Virus record (IMG/VR): IMGVR_UViG_3300018876_000008
Span: 105,338 to 169,337 of that record
Direction: 5' to 3' (one strand)
DNA: 64,000 nucleotides
Source: a virus
Below the pieces are notes generated by a model. It was not told the origin of the DNA. It saw only the letters and a program-made list of their open reading frames with translations, and ran no database searches. This document shows positions 10,168-17,667 of the stretch, piece by piece; the stretch's first letter is position 1, and every line of letters starts with the position of its first letter. Both the position numbers and the translations under genes were made by a program.

Positions 10168-10758
10168 TTATTTTTTTAAGTCTCGTTTAATATCTTTTTT
10201 TACTGTCTCTAAATACTTTTTACGTTTTTTGTCGCTCACAAATGGTACTGACCAAAATTGTTTAGTTTTTCTCCATCTTGATGGGCTCCAACCAAATACA
10301 AAAGTATAAACCCCCATTACTAATCTTAATTTAACTGAATTTAAATAAAGGGTAATTACGGGTAACATTGGAGCTCCATGAGTTATATAAGTCCTCACCT
10401 TTTTATCACTTAGAAATGGTTTAGGGTAAGCATACATACCAAATAGGGGTACAAATTTATATGCGAATCCAGGAGTGAAAACTTCATCAAAAAACGTTTC
10501 CATTTTAGGTACCATTCTAAACCACCAAACAGGTGAAATAAAATAGATATGTGTTGACCATGTAACTAATTCTTGATAATCTTTAATTAAATCCTCTCTG
10601 TTCCTATGTAGTTTATCTTCATAAACGTCAATAACTTCATAAGTTTCATTTTTAGAATCTAATTCATTAATTATAGTCTTGAATATACCATTATAACAAA
10701 AGGATTTATGGTCAGGATGACCAACAACGACTAAATGTTTTTTATTTTTAGAGTTCAT
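10168..10758 (-). CDS. NAD(P)H dehydrogenase (quinone), flavodoxin-2 fold
   Basis: VVGHPDHKSF; SPVWWFRMVP..FDEVFTPGFAY. Confidence 0.85.
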   Translation of the reverse strand: MNSKNKKHLVVVGHPDHKSFCYNGIFKTIINELDSKNETYEVIDVYEDKLHRNREDLIKDYQELVTWSTHIYFISPVWWFRMVPKMETFFDEVFTPGFAYKFVPLFGMYAYPKPFLSDKKVRTYITHGAPMLPVITLYLNSVKLRLVMGVYTFVFGWSPSRWRKTKQFWSVPFVSDKKRKKYLETVKKDIKRDLKK

Positions 10759-10781
10759 AATACTTTAATATTAGTAAAATT

Positions 10782-11168
10782 TTAGTTTATATTCAACTTA
10801 GATTTAAAATATTTAACCATAATATGTCCACTCCTATAATTTGTAGCAAGCGGTACATCATGAACATCACATAATCTCATTAACATTGAAATATCTACAT
10901 CATGTGGGTGTTTATCTAAAGGGTCCCTGAAAAATATAACCCCATCAATCTCACCGCGAGTTACCATAGCACCGATTTCCGCATCACCACCTAATGGTCC
11001 GCTATTTACCGCGTCAACTTTATCTATACCAGCATGTGTTATTTTTTTACCTGTAGTTCCTGTAGTTACTAAAGATACTTTATTATTATTAAAAAATTTT
11101 AAACGTTTCATTACAAACGCAACCATATCGGATTTTTTACCATCGTGGGCAATAAGTGCTAATTTCAT
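10782..11168 (-). CDS. mgsA: methylglyoxal synthase
   Basis: LALIAHDGKK, TTGTTG, SGPLGGD, FFRDPL..HPHDVDI, PLATN. Confidence 0.95.
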   Translation of the reverse strand: MKLALIAHDGKKSDMVAFVMKRLKFFNNNKVSLVTTGTTGKKITHAGIDKVDAVNSGPLGGDAEIGAMVTRGEIDGVIFFRDPLDKHPHDVDISMLMRLCDVHDVPLATNYRSGHIMVKYFKSKLNIN

Positions 11169-11230
11169 ACTTTAATTATTTTATACAAATATATTATAAA
11201 ATATAATATTGATAAAATCAAAAAAATAAA

Positions 11231-11494
11231 TTACTTTAACACATCTACTTTAATAATAATTGAATTAGTATCCTTTGGATTTTTTTCAATCCACCATACT
11301 CTATTTTGAATATCTACAAATTCTTCCCCGAACTTAACAGGTAAAACCCACTCTTTAACGGGATACTCACCATTCCATTGGGTGTCAACTATAATTGGTA
11401 CTCCCCACATACTTGGATTTTTAATTATTTTTGCGGGTGTTTGATTATAACATCCCGAAAATAGTATTGAACAAACTATTAATATTTTTTTCAT
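11231..11494 (-). CDS. putative lipoprotein
   Basis: Signal peptide with LFSGC lipobox. Confidence 0.6.
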   Translation of the reverse strand: MKKILIVCSILFSGCYNQTPAKIIKNPSMWGVPIIVDTQWNGEYPVKEWVLPVKFGEEFVDIQNRVWWIEKNPKDTNSIIIKVDVLK

Positions 11495-11519
11495 ATCATT
11501 TAATTTTTATATAATTTAT

Positions 11520-12410
11520 TTATCTAAATAATGTCACATGTCCGTGAGTTTTTATCCCATAACCAGGACGAGTAGCCTCTAATTTCCAAGTATAAACACC
11601 ATCGGGACAATAATAATCTCCACTATATGGTAAAAACCAACTCAATTCGGGAAGAGGTGCCCCCGTCCAATTAGCTAAAGGATAGTCAGTTCTCCATACT
11701 AAATTGCCCCATCTATCGTAAATTTTCATATCCCACGTTAACCAACAATCAGCTTCAGTTACTACCCTAAATGATTCGTTTTTACCATCTCCGTTTGGTG
11801 TAAATGCGTTAGGAATATATAAGTCATCATCAACACATGGAACAACTGGTCCGTCATTGGATGAATTACAATCAGGGTTTGTTAGTGAGAAGGTAACTAT
11901 GTTATTTAAGGGTTCCACATCAGGATAGTCAAAGTTTCCTAAACCACTATCACTTTCGTATGGCCAAGTATTACTATCGTTTATTTGAGTTATGGAAAGA
12001 ATCCAACATTGTTCATCAAAGAATCCATCATTTATTGCCTCCTCCCAACAAAAGCTGGCGTCTGAACCGGTAACAAATGCGTCTACAATGTTAAAAGTAA
12101 CTTCATCACCTGTTTGTAACCAAGGACCTGGTGAATTAATATTGACTAAAGGAAAACTTACAGGGTAGATTAAAAGTGCCCAACCATTATCATAAAAACA
12201 CGGATATGGGTAGGTATCTAATTGTGGTTCTGTAGTTATACCTAATAAAAATTCACCGATTGAATCAGAAGGTGAACCACAATTTACTCCTGAATTCACG
12301 TATAAAGTAATATCCATGGTTTGAGGGTCAAATGACACAATTTCCATATCACATTGACCTTTCACTATGAATGAAATAAATAATAAAATTAATGTAAGTG
12401 GGTTTTTCAT
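11520..12410 (-). CDS. secreted protein with T9SS type-B C-terminal domain (gliding-motility CTD/CHU_C)
   Basis: Signal peptide-Q; C-terminal IPNAFTPNGDGKN...IYDRWG...DGVY...GHVTLFR. Confidence 0.85.
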   Translation of the reverse strand: MKNPLTLILLFISFIVKGQCDMEIVSFDPQTMDITLYVNSGVNCGSPSDSIGEFLLGITTEPQLDTYPYPCFYDNGWALLIYPVSFPLVNINSPGPWLQTGDEVTFNIVDAFVTGSDASFCWEEAINDGFFDEQCWILSITQINDSNTWPYESDSGLGNFDYPDVEPLNNIVTFSLTNPDCNSSNDGPVVPCVDDDLYIPNAFTPNGDGKNESFRVVTEADCWLTWDMKIYDRWGNLVWRTDYPLANWTGAPLPELSWFLPYSGDYYCPDGVYTWKLEATRPGYGIKTHGHVTLFR

Positions 12411-14266
12411 CTGAATATAGTTATATGTCCCCTTTCTTCAATTATCAATGCACTATTTACTTTCTTACCTGTAACTACATAAACGTATAGCCCGTCAGAA
12501 ACGTAATGATTTCCTCCATTCACACTTCCATCCCAATAAGGATAGTCGTCAAAATTATCACCAGTATTGTAATACACTTCATTTCCCCATCGGTTAAAAA
12601 TTCTAAATTCAACGTTTTCCCAACAGTTTAAATCATAGATTAGTTTCCACACATCGTTAATTCCATCATTATTTGGTGTAAAAGTATTAGGAATATGGAT
12701 AGTTGTCCAATCAGGACATATTAAACCTGGTGGGTCTTCATCACAAGGTAATCCCGTTTCACAGTCAATCCAAATTTCTTGTACAACATACTCGGTAACT
12801 GTGTCAGTTAGGTATATGTAATTATCAATAAAGACTGTATCTGTAAGATACTCTGTTATGTAAAGGGTGTCAGTTATGAATTCTGTTTCAGTTAAATAAA
12901 TCGTATCTGTAACTACTTCTGTAATATACAGTGTGTCTATAATGTATTCTGTTTCTGTAATATAGAGTGTATCTGTGACGTATTCTGTGATATATTCATA
13001 AACAGTATCTGTTACATACTCTGTTACATACTCAGTTATATATTCATAAACTGTATCCGTTAAGTAAATATAATTATCCACATACTCAATTAAAGTATCA
13101 GGTGGTGACTCAACATAAAGAGTGTCTATAATAGTATCAGTTATAAAGATAGAATCGATTTCATAGATATAAGTTACCGTTTCAATTTCAATAGTATCTG
13201 GCTCACAAACCTCAGGACAGATTAAATCTTCTAATTCATCAGGATAGTAAACGGTAGTGTTATTGTTACCCGTTACAATCTCATCATTAACATTATCAAC
13301 AGTCATTGTAAAGAAACTACCTAATGCGTCATATTCAAAGAAAGGTGAGGTGAATTGTTGACCCTCACCTACAGGAATATCATACCCACCAAACATAGAA
13401 TCATCAAAGCATTGATAGTAATCTTCATTCCATATCTCAATACAGTAATTTGTGATAGGTTCATTACCGTAATTGTAAACGGTATAAGTTATTTGATATG
13501 AGGGAATATCACCAATACACCCTATTTCAAATTCTATATTATCAATAACAGCATCAGGGGCATCGGGAGGACAATCAAAATCGGGAGAGGCTACTGCCGC
13601 ACCGGGATTCTCATCTCTACATAGGTACCAAGAATTATTACAATTTTGGTCTTGATATGTATTTGGTGCGAAATCGGGATTAGTTGACGAACTTGCCCAA
13701 CCTCCGTTTCCAACATACCAAGAAGAACCATAATTTACCTGCCACACAACAAATTCAATACACTCATCTTCAGATAACCAATAATCTATTAAGTCATCAC
13801 CACACTCGGCAAGTGGATATGGATATGTATCATAATCTCCAGGTGGGTTTAAAGGGATATTTACAACATCTCCTGTTACTAAACCGTCTCCCATTATCTC
13901 TTCCTGAAAAGTAACAGACGCTGAAGGACTGTACCACCAACCCGGATGATTATTATCGGGATTCTGACCCAAGTAGTATCCATTAGCATCCCATCCTGGA
14001 CTACATGGTGGTAATCCAAATGTTTCATTAAAATCTTCAATGACTTCATTATCGGGATTTATAGGTTCAGGAAGATGATAACCTATCTGTAATTGTGTAA
14101 CTTTACCGTTTACACCACCAGGACCGTTTGATAAACATCCTAGTGAATTAATTACCTCAATGGTGACTTCGTATGTGTTAAGGTCAACAGCGGTAATTGC
14201 GACATCACATTGTCCTTGTATAAAAAAGGCATGTAGATATGCTATAAGAAATAATAGTCTTTTCAT
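12407..14266 (-). CDS. secreted repeat protein with T9SS type-B C-terminal domain
   Basis: Signal peptide-Q; CARDB-like segment; TDTxYITE repeats; IPNTFTPNNDGIND...IFNRWG...DGLY...GHITIFR. Confidence 0.85.
   Translation of the reverse strand: MKRLLFLIAYLHAFFIQGQCDVAITAVDLNTYEVTIEVINSLGCLSNGPGGVNGKVTQLQIGYHLPEPINPDNEVIEDFNETFGLPPCSPGWDANGYYLGQNPDNNHPGWWYSPSASVTFQEEIMGDGLVTGDVVNIPLNPPGDYDTYPYPLAECGDDLIDYWLSEDECIEFVVWQVNYGSSWYVGNGGWASSSTNPDFAPNTYQDQNCNNSWYLCRDENPGAAVASPDFDCPPDAPDAVIDNIEFEIGCIGDIPSYQITYTVYNYGNEPITNYCIEIWNEDYYQCFDDSMFGGYDIPVGEGQQFTSPFFEYDALGSFFTMTVDNVNDEIVTGNNNTTVYYPDELEDLICPEVCEPDTIEIETVTYIYEIDSIFITDTIIDTLYVESPPDTLIEYVDNYIYLTDTVYEYITEYVTEYVTDTVYEYITEYVTDTLYITETEYIIDTLYITEVVTDTIYLTETEFITDTLYITEYLTDTVFIDNYIYLTDTVTEYVVQEIWIDCETGLPCDEDPPGLICPDWTTIHIPNTFTPNNDGINDVWKLIYDLNCWENVEFRIFNRWGNEVYYNTGDNFDDYPYWDGSVNGGNHYVSDGLYVYVVTGKKVNSALIIEERGHITIFR
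12790..13200 (-). repeat. intragenic degenerate tandem repeats (TDT[VLI]Y[IE]TE[YV])
   Basis: About a dozen DT-x-[YF] units in the protein; exact DNA duplication tctgttacatac x2 near 13007-13030. Confidence 0.8.
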
Positions 14267-14418
14267 TAATGGAAAGTTTAGTTGTTTTATATAAGAATCG
14301 TATGTCTAATTTTTAATTTGTAGAAGATTATAATTAAAAAGTTAGACAAGTATAACAGTGTTTCCTATAAATATATAACTAAACTTGTTAATACTATACT
14401 TTTTTAACACTAAAAAAG

Positions 14419-14706
14419 TTAAATTGTTAACATAACTAGAGCTCTATCAAAATCTGCAAACTCTTTATAGGTTTTGGCTCTACGAACGGTATTAGGGTTT
14501 ACACGAAGACGAACATGTGTAGGGTATTTTTTTTCAGACTCTTTCCTTTCTCTATTAACTTTAGAAATTGCCTCACGTTTAGTTTTTGCCCAAACATTAT
14601 TACCCCCTGTGGTTGGTTGGAAGTCTTTATTTCCCGTTGTCCCTGCGGGTGCTTCCAACCAACCAAACATATAAAGGTTCTCACCTTTTTGATTCTTGTA
14701 TGCCAT
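14419..14706 (-). CDS. hypothetical protein
   Basis: GGNNVWAKTKREA motif; in operon. Confidence 0.65.
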   Translation of the reverse strand: MAYKNQKGENLYMFGWLEAPAGTTGNKDFQPTTGGNNVWAKTKREAISKVNRERKESEKKYPTHVRLRVNPNTVRRAKTYKEFADFDRALVMLTI

Positions 14707-14714
14707 ATTACTAC

Positions 14715-14894
14715 TTAGTTTAAAATTGATTTACCCAATACCAAAGGAGATGCGTCAGGATGCGACGATACTAAAAAGCAATTATCTCTTTCAGTAATGT
14801 AAAGTGTTTTGTTTTTGAACATTTTGTAGTTGTTGTATGCGTACTCCTCAACTTTTGATTTCACTTCCGGTGCGATTGTTTCTTCTTTACCCAT
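14715..14894 (-). CDS. hypothetical protein (59 aa, not in track)
   Basis: Manual translation MGKEETIAPEV...LGKSILN*; TATATTTG promoter at 14933-14940. Confidence 0.6.
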   Translation of the reverse strand: MGKEETIAPEVKSKVEEYAYNNYKMFKNKTLYITERDNCFLVSSHPDASPLVLGKSILN

Positions 14895-14981
14895 GATTTT
14901 TAATTTTTAAATGTTTAACTGTTTTGATGATACAAATATAAGTAATAATTCTTTAAGTTTTACTAAAAATATTATTTTTTT

Positions 14982-15119
14982 TTAAATTCCTATAACAACT
15001 TCTTTATTAATCCAACCTACACATAATTCTAAATCACCATTTAGAAATCTATCGTAAGTTATTTTGATATATGGTATAATATAAATTTGAGATACTATAG
15101 TTGATATTGATATTTTCAT
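14982..15119 (-). CDS. small hypothetical protein (45 aa, not in track)
   Basis: MKISISTIVSQIYIIPYIKITYDR...VVIGI*; follows the upstream stop by 4 nt. Confidence 0.5.
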   Translation of the reverse strand: MKISISTIVSQIYIIPYIKITYDRFLNGDLELCVGWINKEVVIGI

Positions 15120-15123
15120 AATT

Positions 15124-15423
15124 TTAAAATAAAAGTGTTAAATAATAAGCTAATTTATATCCTACAAACGCCCCTATTGCGGTTGGTACGGGAAATATGA
15201 TAAATTTACCTAAACTTGTCACGTATTTAGGTCTATTAACTACTCTCCCTAAGAAAAAATAGTAAATCATATAACCTAATAGTACTAATATATCTACTCT
15301 TTCCGCAATAAAAACAACTAATATTGCCCCAAGTAGACCAAATATAAAGTTATCCAAAACAGCAGTTGTTAATTCGATTGTTGGTGTTTCTCGATACTCT
15401 TCTTGTATTTTTTTAAGACTCAT
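15124..15423 (-). CDS. membrane protein (3 TM)
   Basis: Hydrophobic segments. Confidence 0.7.
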   Translation of the reverse strand: MSLKKIQEEYRETPTIELTTAVLDNFIFGLLGAILVVFIAERVDILVLLGYMIYYFFLGRVVNRPKYVTSLGKFIIFPVPTAIGAFVGYKLAYYLTLLF

Positions 15424-15438
15424 TATAAATAAATTTTG

Positions 15439-15512
15439 AGCTTCCTGAGGGACTCGAACCCACGACCTGCTGATTACAAATCAGCTGCTCTAGCCAACTG
15501 AGCTAAGGAAGC
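15439..15512 (-). tRNA. tRNA-Thr(UGU)
   Basis: Cloverleaf; anticodon arm GCTGA-TT-TGT-AA-TCAGC; GGTTCGAGTCC. Confidence 0.95.
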
Positions 15513-15515
15513 TTT

Positions 15516-15731
15516 TTATACTAATTTCCATTTTTTGGCAGATTTGACTATCGCCTCTTCATTTGTTAAATTTGGTTCCTCTCTAATTATATCCATTGCA
15601 GTATACATTATTTGACCCTTTAATCCTTTTTTACTTGCTAAGTCTAAAACGTCAACATAATAATTAGGGTCAAATTTTGGTAGTGTACCGTCTTCTTCCA
15701 TGTCTGCAATTTTACTAAGTATATTACCCAT
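15516..15731 (-). CDS. hypothetical protein
   Basis: Start moved to 15731, after TATATTTG promoter (15754-15761). Confidence 0.6.
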   Translation of the reverse strand: MGNILSKIADMEEDGTLPKFDPNYYVDVLDLASKKGLKGQIMYTAMDIIREEPNLTNEEAIVKSAKKWKLV

Positions 15732-15862
15732 AAATGTTTTTTTTATTAGAGTACAAATATATGATAAATGCATGAAAAAACCAACATTAAGTATAAAAAA
15801 GTTACCTAATGATGGTTTTTTACTGCATAATTAAAAAAGTGAATTCTTTAACGGTTTATTGA

Positions 15863-16198
15863 TTATCCGTTAATGACGGAATTATTGTTTTCATCTAATT
15901 GTCTATAAATTTCTGATACGTGTTCGCTCATAATATTTATAGTTTTATCAACTCTACTGTCAATATGACTATAAAGTCTCTCATTCTCTTCTTTACAATT
16001 ACGGTCAATGTTATTCCCAAAATCATAAAGTTCAGAACTTCTTTTCTCCAAATCCATATGGGTATATTCCAATTCTTTTTGGAGTAGGTTTATTTCCTCT
16101 TTCAAGGACTTTGTTGTCAAATAATTCACAAACGTACCCACAACCATTAATAATACAATGACTGCACATACACCTAAAATAAATGATGTTATTTCCAT
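15863..16198 (-). CDS. membrane-anchored coiled-coil protein
   Basis: N-terminal TM followed by heptads. Confidence 0.65.
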   Translation of the reverse strand: MEITSFILGVCAVIVLLMVVGTFVNYLTTKSLKEEINLLQKELEYTHMDLEKRSSELYDFGNNIDRNCKEENERLYSHIDSRVDKTINIMSEHVSEIYRQLDENNNSVING

Positions 16199-16244
16199 AA
16201 TTTCTAATTTTTAATTTAAATTTTATGTCAAAGAACTCACCTCG

Positions 16245-16327
16245 TTGGAGAGGAGGGACTCGAACCCCCAAGGTCGAAAGACGGCAGATTTACAGTCTGC
16301 TGAGCCAACCAATTGCTCAACTCTCCA
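16245..16327 (-). tRNA. tRNA-Tyr(GUA), U1:A72 acceptor end
   Basis: GCAGA-CT-GTA-AA-TCTGC; long variable arm GTC-TTTC-GAC. Confidence 0.9.
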
Positions 16328-16332
16328 TTTAA

Positions 16333-16455
16333 TTATTTAAATTTTGATTTAATGAACAGGTAGAGACTTTCGAAGATATGATACAACAATAATCCAACCA
16401 TCCACGATACTAAACCAAATACTAATGATGCAATAATAAATCTAAATATTTCCAT
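16333..16455 (-). CDS. small membrane peptide (40 aa)
   Basis: MEIFRFIIASLVFGLVSWMVGLLLYHIF...; lies between tRNA-Ser and tRNA-Tyr. Confidence 0.5.
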   Translation of the reverse strand: MEIFRFIIASLVFGLVSWMVGLLLYHIFESLYLFIKSKFK

Positions 16456-16487
16456 GATTTTATTTTTTTTATAGTTTAAGAGTTTAG

Positions 16488-16572
16488 CGGAAGATGTAGG
16501 ATTCGAACCTACGGTACATTGCTGTACGCTGGTTTTCAAGACCAGTGCATTCGACCACTCTGCCAATCTTCC
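16488..16572 (-). tRNA. tRNA-Ser(UGA)
   Basis: CTGGT-CT-TGA-AA-ACCAG; long variable arm; G73. Confidence 0.95.
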
Positions 16573-16577
16573 GTCTG

Positions 16578-16651
16578 TGGACCTTGTAGGGCTCGAACCT
16601 ACGACCTACGCATTATGAGTGCGGTGCTCTAACCAACTGAGCTAAAAGTCC
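16578..16651 (-). tRNA. tRNA-Ile2(CAU, lysidine type; elongator Met less likely)
   Basis: CT-CAT-AA loop with CATAAT context; GGACTTTTAGCTCAGTTGGTTAGAGCA body typical of Ile2. Confidence 0.8.
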
Positions 16652-16674
16652 GTTATTCAAAAATATCTACTCCA

Positions 16675-16746
16675 CTTAGACTCCGTCTTTCGACTTGTAG
16701 GCGTGAGATTTGACGCCTCGTTGTTCGGTTGTTAAACCTATCTAAG
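16675..16746 (-). ncRNA. putative four-way-junction structured RNA
   Basis: CTTAGA/TCTAAG closing stem around GGTT-TAAC-AACC, AGGCGT-N8-ACGCCT and GTC-GAAA-GAC hairpins. Confidence 0.45.
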
Positions 16747-16749
16747 AGC

Positions 16750-16866
16750 GGGGGAGTAGGGGATTCGAACCCCCACCTCTTCTCAACAAGCCTAATCGTA
16801 TCTCGTAACTAGTATGATATTTTCGGCCTTATAGTTGGAGCGTCGTACCACTTTGACTAACTCCCC
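16750..16866 (-). ncRNA. tRNA-like RNA with expanded anticodon arm (117 nt)
   Basis: Perfect acceptor GGGGAGT/ACTCCCC, D arm GTC..TGG..GAC, T arm GGGGG-TTCGAAT-CCCCT; about 58-nt irregular hairpin in place of the anticodon arm. Confidence 0.75.
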
Positions 16867-16874
16867 GTATTTAG

Positions 16875-16948
16875 TACACCCATCAGGATTCGAACCTGAG
16901 ACCGTCTGCTTAGAAGGCAGATGCTCTATCCAGCTGAGCTATGGGTGC
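16875..16948 (-). tRNA. tRNA-Arg(UCU)
   Basis: TCTGC-CT-TCT-AA-GCAGA; A20 in D loop. Confidence 0.95.
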
Positions 16949-17020
16949 ATGTGAAAAAGATAGGGTTCTTTTTTAAAGTTACATAGTTCCAACGCGTATT
17001 GTGTAACTCCCTATCTATAG

Positions 17021-17106
17021 TACCCGGAGACGGGCTCGAACCGTCACGGACCGTTCGGTCCAACAGATTTTAAGTCTGTCGTGTCTACCAATTCCACCAT
17101 CCGGGC
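17021..17106 (-). tRNA. tRNA-Leu(UAA)
   Basis: ACAGA-CT-TAA-AA-TCTGT; long variable arm. Confidence 0.95.
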
Positions 17107-17212
17107 ATGTGGTACTAATTTATAATTTCAAATAACGTTTTTGTCTTTCAACAATGTAAATGTACGATACAAAAGATTAAGTAACAACTATTTTTTTAAA
17201 ATAATTTAATTG

Positions 17213-17286
17213 TAGGGATGGAGGGACTTGAACCCCCGACCTTGACTATATAAGAGTCCTGCTCTAACCAACTGAGCTACATCCCC
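17213..17286 (-). tRNA. tRNA-Ile(UAU)
   Basis: GACT-CT-TAT-AT-AGTC anticodon arm; full cloverleaf. Confidence 0.9.
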
Positions 17287-17339
17287 ATGTTGAAAACACC
17301 TATATTTTATGTAGAGGTGCAAAACTCGATTTGTATTGG

Positions 17340-17415
17340 TGGTGACCCCTCAGGGGTTCGAACCCTGGACCCTCACATTAAAAGTGTGATGCTCTACCAG
17401 CTGAGCTAAGAGGTC
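17340..17415 (-). tRNA. tRNA-Lys(UUU), encoded CCA
   Basis: TCACA-CT-TTT-AA-TGTGA; 3' end ACCA followed by a second CCA. Confidence 0.95.
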
Positions 17416-17450
17416 AATTTACCGAATACTGTGTCGTTACTTAATCCCGA

Positions 17451-17461
17451 TGTCAAAGAAC
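17451..17461 (-). promoter_or_regulatory. boxA-like antitermination element
   Basis: GTTCTTTGACA; identical copy at 16226-16236; variants GTTCTTTGAAA before the tmRNA and GTTATTTGAAA before tRNA-Leu. Confidence 0.6.
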
Positions 17462-17470
17462 ACTACTAAT

Positions 17471-17509
17471 ATAAAATAAGAAACCCAAACATTTCTGTTC
17501 GGGTCTCTT
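17471..17509 (-). terminator. attenuator terminator upstream of the tRNA array
   Basis: AAGAGACCCGAACA-GAAA-TGTTTGGGTTTCTT-ATTTTAT. Confidence 0.8.
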
Positions 17510-17559
17510 CTTCTTCATAGCTTTAAGTCTATTTTTATTATATCATGTTTACCGAACTT

Positions 17560-17631
17560 TTACATAATATTATAGAACCTTATTATTGATAAGCTTCTTA
17601 ATATTGATATGTATGTTTTCGATTTGTACAT
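17560..17631 (-). CDS. leader peptide of the tRNA array (MYKSKTYISILRSLSIIRFYNIM)
   Basis: 23-codon ORF between promoter and terminator; codons match the anticodons of the downstream tRNAs. Confidence 0.75.
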   Translation of the reverse strand: MYKSKTYISILRSLSIIRFYNIM

Positions 17632-17667
17632 TTTAAAATAGTCTTTTAATTGTCTGTTTGTATACTA

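Noticed and set aside
11520-12720. Similar C-termini of the two T9SS proteins as a DGR template/variable repeat pair
   Set aside because: Divergence is not adenine-specific and no reverse transcriptase is in the window
16032-16566. ORFs 16032..16271 and the N-terminal part of 16333..16566
   Set aside because: They overlap tRNA-Tyr and tRNA-Ser; only 16333..16455 is plausible
16660-16750. Theta/HDV-like or hammerhead ribozyme at a tRNA 3' trailer
   Set aside because: I could not build the nested double pseudoknot or find a CUGANGA core by eye; kept only as an unknown structured RNA
16750-16866. YrlA/Y RNA or a second tmRNA
   Set aside because: Arm order is standard rather than permuted, there is no G3:U70 or tag ORF, and no Ro60 gene is in the window
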